A stretch of 64,000 nucleotides of DNA from the human T2T-CHM13v2.0 reference genome, Homo sapiens. Both the position numbers and the translations under genes were made by a program. The notes beneath the pieces are model-generated. The model made no database searches, had not been told where the DNA came from, and worked only from the letters and a program-made list of their open reading frames with translations. The stretch's first letter is position 1; every line of letters starts with the position of its first letter. The DNA is taken from assembly GCF_009914755.1 (NCBI RefSeq), contig NC_060930.1; one strand, written 5' to 3'. Shown here piece after piece: positions 40,730 to 54,034 of the stretch.

Positions 40730-42760
40730 ATTACTTGCGTTTTTATAAGCAGGACTCTTATTCACATTTCAAATGCTGTATTAAATTATTTTTGCAACAA
40801 AAGTATGCAACCTCAGGGGGACAGCATGATACACACTCACAGAAAAATGTATAAGGGTACACTGGGGCACACGAGAGAGGATGAGGTATGTGTGGTGAGT
40901 ACTAAGCTCCTCTGTGGGTTATTTAAACTGCCTGGGTGGCATTTTCCACTTCACCTGCTGTTTCTTGGTAGCACAAAGCTTAGTTACTTGGTGAAAAAAA
41001 TCTCATTTGAGCGAGCATGGTTTTGCATTTTGGTAATTTTATTTGCCTACGTATGTAACACCAAAGAACAAACTCATGCAGAGGCAGGTATTTTTAACAG
41101 AAGAGGTGGTATGAGAACTAGGGCTATCTCCTAGACATGAAGTTGAAAATGACAGGAATCCTGGCCTCATCCCACTTGGAAGTTTCTCAATGTGTCTCTG
41201 CTGGAAATAGCTGTATATTCTCTCTTCTCTCTCCCATGTACCTAAAGGAGTGGTAAGTCAAAATGTTCCTCAGGATTTACTTGATAATGTAAGATGTTTA
41301 TGCATCTTAATGTACTAACTCTGTATGGATACATAGGACTCACATATTGTGACCACTGTATCTTTATTTTCCAGGAATTCTCAGAATATTTCAATCACAA
41401 ATACAGCCAAGCCAGGATAGCAGGAACAACCATGGTACTCTTGACCCGAGCAATATTGCAAGGTCCCCTGATCTCCACTCCTACCTGCCTATGCCTACAC
41501 AGCCTGGAGTAAAACACCTGCCACTCACCTACTTCCAGGGCTTTTAGGAGGGGTCTAATAATCAGACAGAAAACTAGGATCCTTGATTTGTCTTTTCAGA
41601 CTACTTTAAAAAGCACAATGCATTGCAGTAAAAACCTTTAACGACTTTCATCTTCAAAGAAACACCAAATTATGTTATAATTTATCTGAAACGTTTTTAG
41701 ATTATTTCTGAATTGTTTCGTGTTTTCAGCATCTTGCTCGACTCACATAATTCTTAATTCCTGTGAGGGTCTGGGATGTAAGCTCGGCATTACAAAATAG
41801 GTCACTGGCACGCTCAAGCCTATTCCTGCAGCCCAAAAATATTTTTAGTTCAAATGTAAGCAACCATAAACCTTGATTATGAAAGTCAAATTTTCAGGGG
41901 CTTCTGCCGCTTGCTGGAGAAATCTTCAGGGTGCTGATGCCCAGGGCACCCTTGTATGTCACAGAGGGCTGGCCATACCAAGACTGTCCTTAGATGTAGG
42001 CATAAAATGTCATTATCACTATTTACATTTAACTTTATAGTTGATGGTTTATTCATTGGATGGGCACACATTTAGCAATAGCAACAAATATATCCCTGAC
42101 TTGGAAATGACAAAAAAAAAAGCTGAAAGAATTTTAAATAAATTTCTTTCAGATCATCCTTCCATCATATTTTAATCCTTCCATCATCATTTTCTGCTTC
42201 TTCACAAGAGGGTTTCCTCTGGCTTTATACTCCTCGACGTTTACCCTCAGCAGTCAAAGACCCACCTGGGCCTTAAGACTTTAAAGTCTAGGCCACAAGG
42301 AAGGTAAAATCCAAGTCCAAGACATGGAAACAATCCCCTCACCACAAGCCAAACAGAGAATAAGGATCATCACACGCAGCACAGCAACCACTTGCATCTG
42401 GCACTGGACCAAGGGCAAATTGTCGAAGCCAACCAACTCCTAGTCCTTTTAGGACTAGAAGTTCCTCCCTGGACCAAATATTTCAGACAGGCTCCACTTC
42501 TAGTTCTTTGAAAGGTAGCAAGAAGTTGCAACCACCCTTAGCAATACCCAGTGGCCTAGAATCCTGGGAACAGGCTCAAACACCATTTGGGTAGAAAATT
42601 CACAGAAGCAGCATCTAATTGGGATGCTGAGAACCAAGTCTATCGCTCCTCCTCACTCTGTGCTCCTTGCCATTCTATTCTCCAAAGGTGGTGTGAGCAA
42701 TCTGCAGGTGAAGGCAACCTGCCCTCCTTGCCTGTGGCCAAGGTGACATTCCCCCTCCTC

Positions 42761-43220
42761 CACAAGAACCCTTGGTTCTAGCCTACTCTCCACACTAACT
42801 GTCAGTCATTCCTCACTCCCCATGAGAACCCTCGGTTCTAACTCACCTTCCATACTATCAATCACTCCCCATTCACCCATACAAACCCTTGATTCTAGTT
42901 TGCCCCCCATACTAACTGTCAATCATTTCTCTCCATGAGAACCCTTGGATCTAGCTCACCTTCCATACTATCAATCACACCCCATTCTCCCATACAAACC
43001 CTTGGTTCTAGCCTACCCTCCATACTAACTGTCAATTATTTCTCACTCCCATGAGAACCCTTGGTTGTAAGCTCAGCCTTCATATTATGAATCACTCCCC
43101 ATTCCCCATACAAACCCTTGGTTCTAGCCTACCCTCCACACTGTCAGTCATTCCCCACTCCCCATAAGAACTGCTGGTCATATCCTACTTTTTATATCAA
43201 CCACTGGTCATCCCATACTC
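42761..43220 (+). repeat. Minisatellite, 8 units of 56-60 bp, alternating A/B types
   Basis: Unit starts at 42761, 42821, 42878, 42934, 42991, 43050, 43107, 43163; shared core AACCCTTGGTTCTAG. Confidence 0.95.
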
Positions 43221-43823
43221 TTCAAGCCAACCTCTGAGACTCCAACTGATTCATTTAAGAAGAATCAAGTTCTGAGTTTCTTTGTTGATTCAATTATTTT
43301 ATTTCATTTCAACTAAGTCCAATAACCTCCTTGAGGAAAAGGACTCTGTTGATCTCAATGTTGTATTCCCATTGCTTGTCTAGCAAAATACTTCTCACAT
43401 AGCAGACTCAGTAGTATTTGTTGAATGAATGTCAAATGGAAGAAGGAAAGCATGTCCTAAAAGACATAATTCCAAATGTGATGTGAAACACTGACATAAA
43501 GTTCACTCAGGTTAAAATTCTTTTCAATAATAAAATGCATCTTTTTTTAAACATACATGAAAATTTGAGCCTTCTATTTTATTTGAATTTTTTCTGAAAA
43601 TTACCAGTTCTACTGCTATCTCTTTTATATGTCAAATTGTAATCCTAGTTCCACTTTATATATATATCACCCATTATATCACAAAGTAATACCTGATAAC
43701 ACATAAAATCAAATAAGATATGCATCTGTTTTCCTTGGACGACCTTTGTGAGGAAGGCACAAACATATCACTCAGAAAGGTTTTTTTGTCTCAGTGTTAA
43801 GCTCCATGCAGGCAGAGACCTAC

Positions 43824-44120
43824 TTTTTTTTGAGACAGAGTCTCGCTCTGCCGCCCGGACTGGAGTGCAGTGGTACAATGTCGGCTCACGGCAACCTCTG
43901 TCTCCCGGGTTCAAGCGATTCTCCCACCTCAGCCTCCTTTAAATTTTCTACTTGTTATTTTTGCTTATGGCAGATTACTGCCCAGCTAATTTTTGTATTT
44001 TTAATAGAGATGGGGTTTCACCATCTTGGCCACGCTGGTCTTGAACTCCTGACCTTGTGATCCACCTGCCTTGGCCTCCCAAAGTGCTGGGATTACCGGC
44101 ATGAGTCACCACGCCTGGCC
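43824..44120 (-). mobile_element. AluSg-type (Sg4-like) with internal non-Alu patch, inserted in an L2 3' end
   Basis: CACCATCTTGGCCA and GACCTTGTGATCC; Alu sequence replaced at 43938-43978. Confidence 0.9.
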
Positions 44121-44489
44121 TACCTTTTTTTTTTTTTTTTTTAACTAGTAGCACCAGCACCTAACACATTGCCTAGCACATAGCAAATAGTAGGTATTTA
44201 ATAAACATAAAATAAATGTATGAGTTAAATGAAAATTGTCCAGTCATTTGCTTCTGCCCTTCCTCATTGTGAAAGACCTGAATCTTTTATTATTCCCATT
44301 AAATTCCATTCTCTCCAAGAAGCTGCCCACTCAAAAGTAATCTCTCCTTTCTTTATTTTCTTGTAACACATGGTTTGTACTTCTCAATTAGGTTATAAGC
44401 GCCTAGAAAACAAGGACATCTCCATTTTAAAATTTTTATTTACTTCACAGTAATAAGCACAGTGCTTTGAATGTAGAAGAGGCTTGATC

Positions 44490-44720
44490 ATAGTAACAAT
44501 AGCTAACTTTTAAAAGGCCCATTTTAAGTGATGGGTCTTGCAATACTTTAGTAGCTATACCTAAGGTGAATTCATTTATTTAATCCTCACAACAACCCTA
44601 TGAGGTAGTTGCTATCAAGATCCCATCTCACAGATGAGGAAACTGAAGCCCACGGACATCAGCTAATAAATGGCCAAGATTCAAGTTCACACATTCTGAC
44701 TGCAATTTCAGCCCCCTTAA
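44490..44720 (-). mobile_element. MIR
   Basis: TTTAATCCTCACAACAACCCTATGAGGTAG...CAGATGAGGAAACTGAAGCCCA. Confidence 0.85.
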
Positions 44721-45607
44721 CCCAGAGAAAACAAAGGGTTACCTCTGCAAAGCCGGCTAGACAGTCATTGGCCAGGCAGAGCTTGTAGGTTAAGAAATCC
44801 TCATGGCCACAGGCCATGATAAGAGCACACAAAGAGAAGGAGCAGTAATGAGATACAACGCCTGTAACTTACGTGTCTTTGCCTGTAATTTACATGCCTC
44901 TGATAATAAGCAAAGGAAGTAATAGATGACTTTTGAAGAAAATATTTTACAAGATTATTTCCATTAAACATTTCCTGTCCTCTCACCTTTCTGACTTGAG
45001 GTATACATTGACACACAATGGAATTGTTCTTATGTTCATAATTACACTGTACCTGTTAGACTTTTCAATATTCAATTATGTTAACTCAATATAAAGTGTC
45101 TCTAAGAACTCAACAAATAAGTAAATAGGAAATGCTTTGGGATACTTTCTTTTCACAGACTTTGGAATTAATTATGCATTTTGCTCTTGTCAAACACACT
45201 TTGCCATCTTCAAATACAGGAAAATTGAATAGGTCATAAATTTGTGCTGAAGCCTGAACTATAAGCTAATTGCTTCAACTGAAATATTCTCGTGTCTCTC
45301 ACATCCTCAAATTGCACTAAAATACAAGTGTACTTCTTCTAAATCCTTTCAAGTATTACAGAGACACATGATGATGGAATTTACTTACACTTCACAGAGA
45401 TCTTAGAATATTCTGTGTAAGCAATGTATACCGTTTTCAATCACAAATAGAACCTTAGCAAGCACATGTTTAATGTTCACATTTTCATTTCTTTTCGACA
45501 GATCCCAGATTCTGATCTCATGTGGTGATTTACAATGGGATAATCATAACTGCTGCATAGGTTTGTTTTCAGGTTTTAAGAAGATTCTCTATAGGAAGTA
45601 TTTCATG

Positions 45608-45642
45608 TGCAGTCAAATGCTCTACCACTGACCTATACCCCC
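45608..45642 (-). pseudogene. tRNA-Cys(GCA) 5'-half tailless retropseudogene
   Basis: Minus strand GGGGGTATAGGTCAGTGGTAGAGCATTTGACTGCA matches nt 1-35 of mammalian tRNA-Cys-GCA (recalled) with one mismatch; 17-bp direct repeats AGGAAGTATTTCATGTG (45593-45609, 45643-45659). Confidence 0.92.
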
Positions 45643-45819
45643 AGGAAGTATTTCATGTGAATTTAAGGCATGCATGCTACAAAGCCAACAGGTGGGGCAA
45701 GGCCAGGGAACCAGCGAGTGGGTTTAGCCTGCCCACCTCTCCCATGCAGGTGTCATTCTGAGATTTCAAGATGCAAGAGTTTCTGTATGTGACCCTCTCG
45801 AAAGAAGAGTCTACTTTTG

Positions 45820-46400
45820 TTAGAATCTTACACTGTGCAATATTTTGGGGAGGCAATTTTTGATTATCTATGAAAATTAGATGTAGATCACCTCTGACCA
45901 AACAAATCCACTTCAAGTAATTTATACCATAGATCTATTCATGCCTGTGCCCAAAGATTAGGCTGCACATAAGTGCAGGTGTCCAGCAACAAGGTGCTTT
46001 AAATAAACATGTTTGGCACATCCAAAGAGTAACCATAATATAAATACATACAGTAATAAAGCAGGGTGCATACAAAGAGTAGATAACTACAGAGTTATTA
46101 AAAGAATATATGGTTGACTTGCAACCTCATCAAAATAAATTGATAAAGTGTAATGAGTAAGGTGCCAAACAGCGTAGATAGGGTGCCCTGTGGGTGTTTT
46201 TAAAATAAGGAGAGGTATACATAAAGAACTTGTATATGCATAGACTATTTCATAAAGGATTCCCAGCAATGTGGGAAGAGTAGTTGCCCATGGGAGGTAG
46301 ATCTAGAAATTGAGATCTAGCGGAAAGGAGATTTTCATTGTATACCTTTTTGCACTATTTGAATTGCTTTCACCATATTAACAGATTTTCAATTTTAAAA
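45820..46400 (+). mobile_element. L1ME-type 3' remnant
   Basis: GGAGGCAATTTT...ATCTATGAAAATT...CTCTGACC...ATCCACTTC; TTTTCATTGTATACCTTTTTGCACTATTTGAATT. Confidence 0.6.
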
Positions 46401-46440
46401 CAAGACACCTTTTTCCTACATGGTTAAGATCAACATCCCT

Positions 46441-46575
46441 CATAAACGCTTGAGGGGATGGATACCCCATTTTCCATGATGTGATTATTACACATTTCAT
46501 GCCTGTATCAAAACATCTCATGTACCCCATAAATATATACACCTACTCTATACCCACAAAAATGAAAATTTAAAA
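46441..46575 (+). mobile_element. L1MA 3' terminus
   Basis: GCTTGAGGGGATGGATACCCCATTTTCCATGATGTGATTATT...ACCCACAAAAAT. Confidence 0.88.
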
Positions 46576-47013
46576 ATTTTTTTTTTTTAAATTGACATTT
46601 TTCAATTCAACAGTATGTCAGGTGGCCAATACTTGGCCTCCGGATTTCTATTCTAGATGAGTGTAACATTAAGCCATACGAGATGACCAGGGAGCATGGC
46701 TTCTGGTAGGGTAAGGCACACACACACTTCAACTGGTTTGTGCAAAAATCTCTGGATCAGGTTGCTTGCTGAGCTAATCAGCCATACTTTGGGGTAAAGT
46801 TTGTCCATCTGGAGGGAAATTCAAAGCAAGTAAGACAAGAAGATTGCCCTGAAACAGCCTGGTGAGGAATACATCGTTTTCTCTGCTTGGAGCTTTTCTT
46901 ACCAATTGAAGTGCATCTCACCAACACTGCCTATAGGGTGGGCCCAGCCAAATAAACCTTGTGTGGCTACAGCATTAAAATTTTAATAATATGCATTTGA
47001 TGTTATTTTATCT

Positions 47014-47055
47014 CATATGCATATGATGTGCATATATGCACATCATATGCATATG
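47014..47055. repeat. Perfect 42-bp palindrome
   Basis: CATATGCATATGATGTGCATA|TATGCACATCATATGCATATG is self-complementary. Confidence 0.97.
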
Positions 47056-48640
47056 TGCATAATATGCATATGATGTGTTTTATCTCATTGAGAGTGGTAT
47101 AAAACATTTAAAGAGAATGTCCATATTTTAAAACATAAGCATGTTGCATAACTTAAGTCTCTAATTATACAAGAATGAATTATTAAATGCAAAATGTAAT
47201 TAGATGTTTAAAATGTTACTAATAGCTCAAACTAACAAAACAAACTGTGAATTATATTTTTGGGCATATAATTCAAGCACCAGTTTTATAGATTTAATGT
47301 CCTTGAGGAATATCAGATGTCCTCAAGATTTGGAATCTGATTTAACTGAAAGATATAGGGGGAAACTTTGTAGCTGGACGATTCCCCATTGGCTCCGTAT
47401 CTAAAGAGGATCAAAAGCATGCATTATTCTAGCTAAGGTTAGCAATAATTTATGCTGAATAAATTATCTGCAGTTTAGCTTCTTTCAGCCAGGGGCACGA
47501 GAAGTTATGTAATACGAAAGGCTGTGTACATGCTCATCAGCAGGCACTAGCATGCTGGGACCCAACCAGGCTGAGACTGGAAAATTTGAGCCTCAGCCCA
47601 GTTTGCTATTAGTTTGGTACAAAGCCAAGTCACAGGCTCAGCTCTGAGCAGAAGCACCTTCCTGGTCTCTACCCACTCACCTTGTTTGACCTACTACTCA
47701 CCTTGCCTGACCTGCACTTGGGAAGTGTAGAAAGCATGCCTTCAAAATAAAATAGAATGATAATGCACCAGTTAGAAGTACAAATCAATACACATGCCCC
47801 ACAAAATGATACTGATCCAGGTGACAAAATATAATTAATTCTCTAAACCAGAACGAATCCCAAATCTAAGGGAGACCACAAATGCTGAGCCAGCAGGCAC
47901 AAAAATGGCAGGCAGCACAAGAACAGTTCCAGAACTGCCCAAAGAATCTCTTTCCAGGAGCTGGAGTCACATGGGAACTAAAGGAAGTAGGGTTGGGCTC
48001 ACTGTCCTTGTCATTTCTGAGAGAGCCCAGCCCATATGCTCCTTTCTGTGATTGAGTCAAAGGCGAGACCTTATTAGGAGCATGGGCTTAAACAGTCTAA
48101 GAGGCAAATACATTAGTATGTTCAGTCACCTTGCGAGCTAATGACTAGACACTTTAAAGCATAGGGGATCATTATTCCAGCATATCATCAGTGAACTTTC
48201 CAGAAAAGCTAATTAAAGGATCCATTAAAATGCTTACCAGAAAGTTAGGGCTTATCAGACTCTTACTCGCATTTGAAGAATTTGCAAGATTTTTGCATTG
48301 CCTGCTTCTACAACCTTTCACTTCCTTTTCTGTGATCTCTACACATGCACAAAATTAATTAGAGAATTCCTTATTTTCTTTTTATCATAATTTAAGTATC
48401 TCATTATTTCCCCCCTCCTCTAATACTGTTTGCTACCAACCTGACATGGTGACCCAGAATAATTAGAGGCAGACGAATGCTATTCAGACACTCCCCTAGA
48501 AGGAGTCTCCATCCAGGGTAGCAGCAGTCCACGCTTTTCCAGAAAATGTCTTTGAGGGTGAAGTCCTGTTTGCTTCTGTCACATCAGAAGTTTTCTTCAA
48601 CCGTTTGTAGGTCTGTCGATATTCCTTATTTGGTGTCCTC

Positions 48641-48701
48641 CAAAGTGGGTACCCACAAACTGAGACTACAAAGTGAGTACCCACAAACTGAGACTACAAA
48701 G
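48641..48701 (+). repeat. 28-bp tandem duplication
   Basis: CAAAGTG(G/A)GTACCCACAAACTGAGACTA x2 plus CAAAG. Confidence 0.95.
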
Positions 48702-49731
48702 GTAAGTCATTACAGTGTGGGTAGGAAGAAAATATTAGCCTTTCTCTTTGTGTTTCTTTTTTTTTTTTTTTTTGCCTCATCTACATTTTAATATGTTTGA
48801 CAATAAATAAATCCAGACTCTGAATGAGCAGGAAAGCCCCAAAGCTGCCAAACCAGATGAACTTGAGCTTGGTCTTCAAGGGCAAAGCCTAAGATAGAAG
48901 TGACATAAGAGACACACACTCCACCCCACAAGGGTAGAACCCCAAAGGGTTGTACTCTCAGTAAAGGTTAACCAAAAAATAAACCCTCCATACTCCAGGA
49001 CACCACAAGAAAGGTCCTGTCTTAAACCTTAGGGCTGAAAAAAAAATCTTCCCACCAAGCCCCCTCAGATTAGCTTGTATTTCAAAATCACAGCATCTGG
49101 CATACTGGGAAACCAAGACGTTTAAAGAGATCCAAGGTTGGCCCTGGCCCCTAAGCATCTAACTAAAGCAAATCTAAATCTTCTCTGAAGGAACCCCAAA
49201 CTTGACACAGATCTGATAAACTTCCCACAGATATGGACCCAGAAAATACAGACCACAGGGAAGCTACCAAACTCTCAATGAAACAAAGCACCCTAATTTT
49301 GAATGGAGTTTCTAGCAGACGATAAGTTTCTAGTAGGCAATGTAGAAAATGGAAAAAATATGAGTTATTAAGCATTTGTTATCTGATAATATAGTGTGAC
49401 CATTTCCCAGAAGAAACAAGCTCTACTACTATGAAATCACAGAGATAATTTCACATATAGATTGATACATAAGAGGAGCACATTTGCTCATCAGGGTGTT
49501 TACAATGTCGTCATCAAGTTCCCATGCTAGCTGTTCACATACGTGTATTATGTCCTCAACAAGAGGCGAGGCACCAGATAGAAAGGTGTGGAGAACACAA
49601 GACCGTTTCCCTCCACAAGCTCATAATCAAGTAGGAGAAAGAGAAGAAATGGGTGTTAATGTTTTCTTGTTTTTCATTTGCTTAGTTTTCCAATATCTAT
49701 CTCAAATATTTTTATATGTTATCAAATCTAA

Positions 49732-50107
<376 letters not shown>

Positions 50108-51189
50108 CATATAAGCTATTTTTTCCCTAACAACCTTTCACCCAAACCCTTCTGCCCTCCTGCATGACGTAATGTTTGGAAATATATACCTGGCAAATTT
50201 ATGAAGAAATAGCAAGGTAATGCTAAATGTAAAAGTCAGCATATTGGTTGTATTTGAAAGGGGAAGGAAAGGGTAGGACCAGGTAATGAACCAATGGCCT
50301 GGGATTCCTCTGACACCCTCAGACTTCCTTTCCCCCACTTTCTTGGGTTTCAGCCCTTTTGCAGGGCCCCAGTCATTCTCTTTATGTTACTGGTTTCTGT
50401 TCTCACATTGCCAGAGAAGTCTTCTTTAAAAATTTTTAATATATTATATATATACATATATATATAATGCAATGATATATTTTAGATACATACACACGTA
50501 AATACATATATATATATATATAATGAGAAATTCATTTTTGAGTCCTTTCACATCAGGAAATTCTTTTATTCTACCTTCATATATGGTAGTTTCTAAAGAC
50601 TTTCTCACATTCAGGGTTGCTGTTAAGGAATCCAATGCCCTTCTGGTTCCCAGTATGACTTTTTCACTGTGGAAACTGTTAAGATCTTGTCTTTCTCATG
50701 TATGCTAGTACGTCATAATAAAATGCCTTGATGTGAGGTGTTTATTCCTTCACTGTGCTGGATACACAGTAGGCCCTTTCAACAAAAAGAAGTCATGTTC
50801 TGCAGTAGAGTTTTTTCTAGTATTAGATCATTAATATTTCTCTCTCTTCTACTTACTCAGTTCTTTCTTTTTGGAGCTTTTATTGGCCACATAGGACCTC
50901 CCGGGACAACCCTCCAATTCCTATCTTTTCTCTCTTATATTTCATCTCTTAGTTTTGTGTTTTGTGTGTGGGGGCGGGGGGGGGTGGTTAGATATTTTGT
51001 TTTGTTCTGTTTCAGAAAAATTTCCTGAACTTCATTTCAATCTCTGTACTGGAATTTTATTTCTATTACCTCGTTTTTAATTTCCAACAGCACTTCTGAT
51101 TGCTCCTTTTTCACTGTATCCTTGTCTTCTTTCATACCTGCCGTATCTTTCCCTCTCTCCTGAATAAATTAAAGTGAATTTTGGAGGGT

Positions 51190-51490
51190 GGACTGGGCAT
51201 GGCAACTCACATCTATAATCCCAGCACTTTGGGAGGCTGAGGTGGGAGGATAGCTTGAGCTCAGGAGTTTGAGACCAACCTGGGCAACATGGCAAAACCT
51301 CAATTTTTAAAAATTACAAAAATTAGCCAGGCATGGTGGTGCATGCCTGTAGTCCCAGCTGCTAGGGAAGTGGGGATAAGGATTGTTTGGGCCCAGGAGG
51401 TCAAGGCTGCAGTGAGCCATGATCACGCCACTGCACTCCAGCCTGGGTGACAGAGCGAGACCCTGTCTCAAAAACAAAACAAAGCAAAAC
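51190..51490 (+). mobile_element. AluJ
   Basis: GGAGGATAGCTTGAGCTCAGG, GTCAAGGCTGCAGTGAGCCATGATC, GAGACCCTGTCTC. Confidence 0.92.
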
Positions 51491-51962
51491 CCAATAGTCT
51501 CTTTTTTGACATTTTCTTCATTTCCCTGCCATGCCTCTATTTCCTCTGAAGTTTCTTTTCTCCTGTGTGCTTTAGCCTCTCTCATTTTGGAGACCCTCCA
51601 CAAATGGGTGGTGATCTCGGCTGTCTACTTTTATTTAAGACTGGAGCCCTAAAAATCTAGATGGAAGCTCTAGTTGCCTAGACTGGGCTTGCTAAGTCAT
51701 AGGCTTCACTATATTATGATGAGATGGTAAGTCAGTTTTTCCACTAGAATAACTTAAATGTCAATATGGAAAGGTCTGTTTCTCCAAAGAAGAATCTAAA
51801 AACCTTCTGTTCTGAATAAATGTATATGGAAGTTGGGGGGCCAATGGGAGGGGTGTTAGGATGCAATGCCTGCCTTCCAGTACTTGGGGAGCAGAGTAGA
51901 GGATGAGGACCAGGTTTGTTTGGTTTCTGTTTGGTTTCATTTATTTAAAAAATAAATTTCTT

Positions 51963-52249
<287 letters not shown>

Positions 52250-52938
52250 TTACCTCCTGCCTGTCGGGGTCATCAACTGGACACATGAACTGGGGCAGGA
52301 ACCCAAGGGGCCCAACCACTGCATCCCCAGACTTCCCGCCAATCTCCTGCCCCCAGTCTGGTGCCTCCCCACCCCCTGCCTTCCACAGTAACTGAAGTCT
52401 CAGAGCCCTTATTCTGTCCAATTTCTACAGCTGTGGTGTGGATCGTCTCGCCCCTCACAGTCTCCCCTATGAAGCCCCTTGGATTGTAACTTCCTCCACT
52501 CTGCTCATTGATTTGCCACTCCAGGCTTCTGGGAATATTCTCTTACTTGCTGGTGTCTCCGATCACCTTCTCTTTGTGTTTATGGGTTTATTCATTTCTA
52601 TTTTTTGCTGTCATTTCCATTGGATTAGGGGACGGAAAGGAGATAAAGACATTTGGACATTCTGCGATATTTAACCAGAAAAGGTCAAGTTGAACTGTGA
52701 GTAGCCTGGCCAATCATGGGTGCCCATCATACAGTTCAGACTGTATCTCAGACTGCCCGTGCCCTTGAATTTCCTATTTAAATATCTGGCTTCTCCCTGA
52801 AAAAGTAGACACTGTGACACCTTTGTTCTATTTCCAGGGCCTGGAACAACAGATATTTGTTGAATGAATTAAATTTAGGTAGTTTAATTCATGATCATCT
52901 ACAACAAAATCATAACTACTGCTTATTTGTTCAACACG

Positions 52939-53285
52939 TTGGTTCACAGTTCTGCAGGCTTTACAGGAAGTACAGTGTCACCATCTGCTTGGCCTCTGGG
53001 GAGGCTTCAGCCATCACAATCATGGCAAAAGGTGAAGGGGGAGCATACATGTCACATGGACAAAGCAGAAACAAGGAGGCAGGAGGGGCCACACACTTTT
53101 AAACAACCAGATCCAGCAAGAACTCACTCACTATCATGAGGACAGTCCCAAGAGGAATGGTGCTAAACCATCCATGAGAAATCCACCCCCATGATCCACT
53201 CGCCTCCCACCAGGCCCCACCTCCAGCACTGGGGATTACAATCCAACATGAGACTTGTGTGGGGACATAGATCCAAACCATATCA
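52939..53285 (-). mobile_element. MSTA LTR lacking its 3' end
   Basis: Ends ATCCAAACCATATCA; TTTAAACAACCAGATC, GAACTCACTCACTATCATGAG. Confidence 0.88.
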
Positions 53286-54034
53286 ATACCGTACTTGGCT
53301 TTCTGCCAAAATCTTTAACATCAAGAGAGTGGGTGCAGCAACACTGGGACCTACGCCATAGAAAAGGTATTAACGGGCTTAAATCCAGGAAGCATGCACC
53401 GGACAAAAATGGGACACAAAAGATTATCTGAACCTCGATGAACCGCTGCTGAGTGCTTATCTGCATTCGGCAGTTCAGAGTTGAGGACCACTTTTCAAAC
53501 TTCATAATTAGTATGTATTGCACATGGCAGTTCTAAAAGTGCTTTCAAATGCATTATCTTGCATAAATAGCTAAACAAAATGATCAAAAGTCAACTAGAT
53601 GGGAATAAGGCGCTTTTAAAGTTCTGAATGAAGAGTTTTAGAGGCATATTTTTATTATGAAAGTATAACATATTTTAGAAGAATATTTGAGTAACTAATT
53701 CCCATAAAAATAGACAAGTCAAATGCATACTGATTAATGCAGTGAATTAAGTATCCCCAACTGTAAGTATGATTCAACATCATATTCCCTGGGAATGTAT
53801 TTGGACTTGAAATTATCCATTGAACAACATATTTTCATTCAAAAACATATTGAAATGTAAGCAGCTCTCATAACGCTTGCTTTTAGAATCATCGAGTTTT
53901 GGCTTTTGGAAATTACTTCTCCCATAGCAAGCAGAAGAGGGAGCAAAGGGCCTCCAGAGAGAGCACACTCCTGAAAGGAAGAGACAGAATCTCAGTGAAG
54001 CAACATCAGTGATCAGATGTAAGTGCACGGGGGA

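Noticed and set aside
42761-43220. CRISPR-like regular recurrence of AACCCTTGGTTCTAG
   Set aside because: The intervening sequences are homologous to each other, there are no cas genes and the DNA is primate; it is a minisatellite.
45608-45642. Functional tRNA-Cys gene
   Set aside because: Only nt 1-35 are present; no T arm, B box or 3' acceptor strand.
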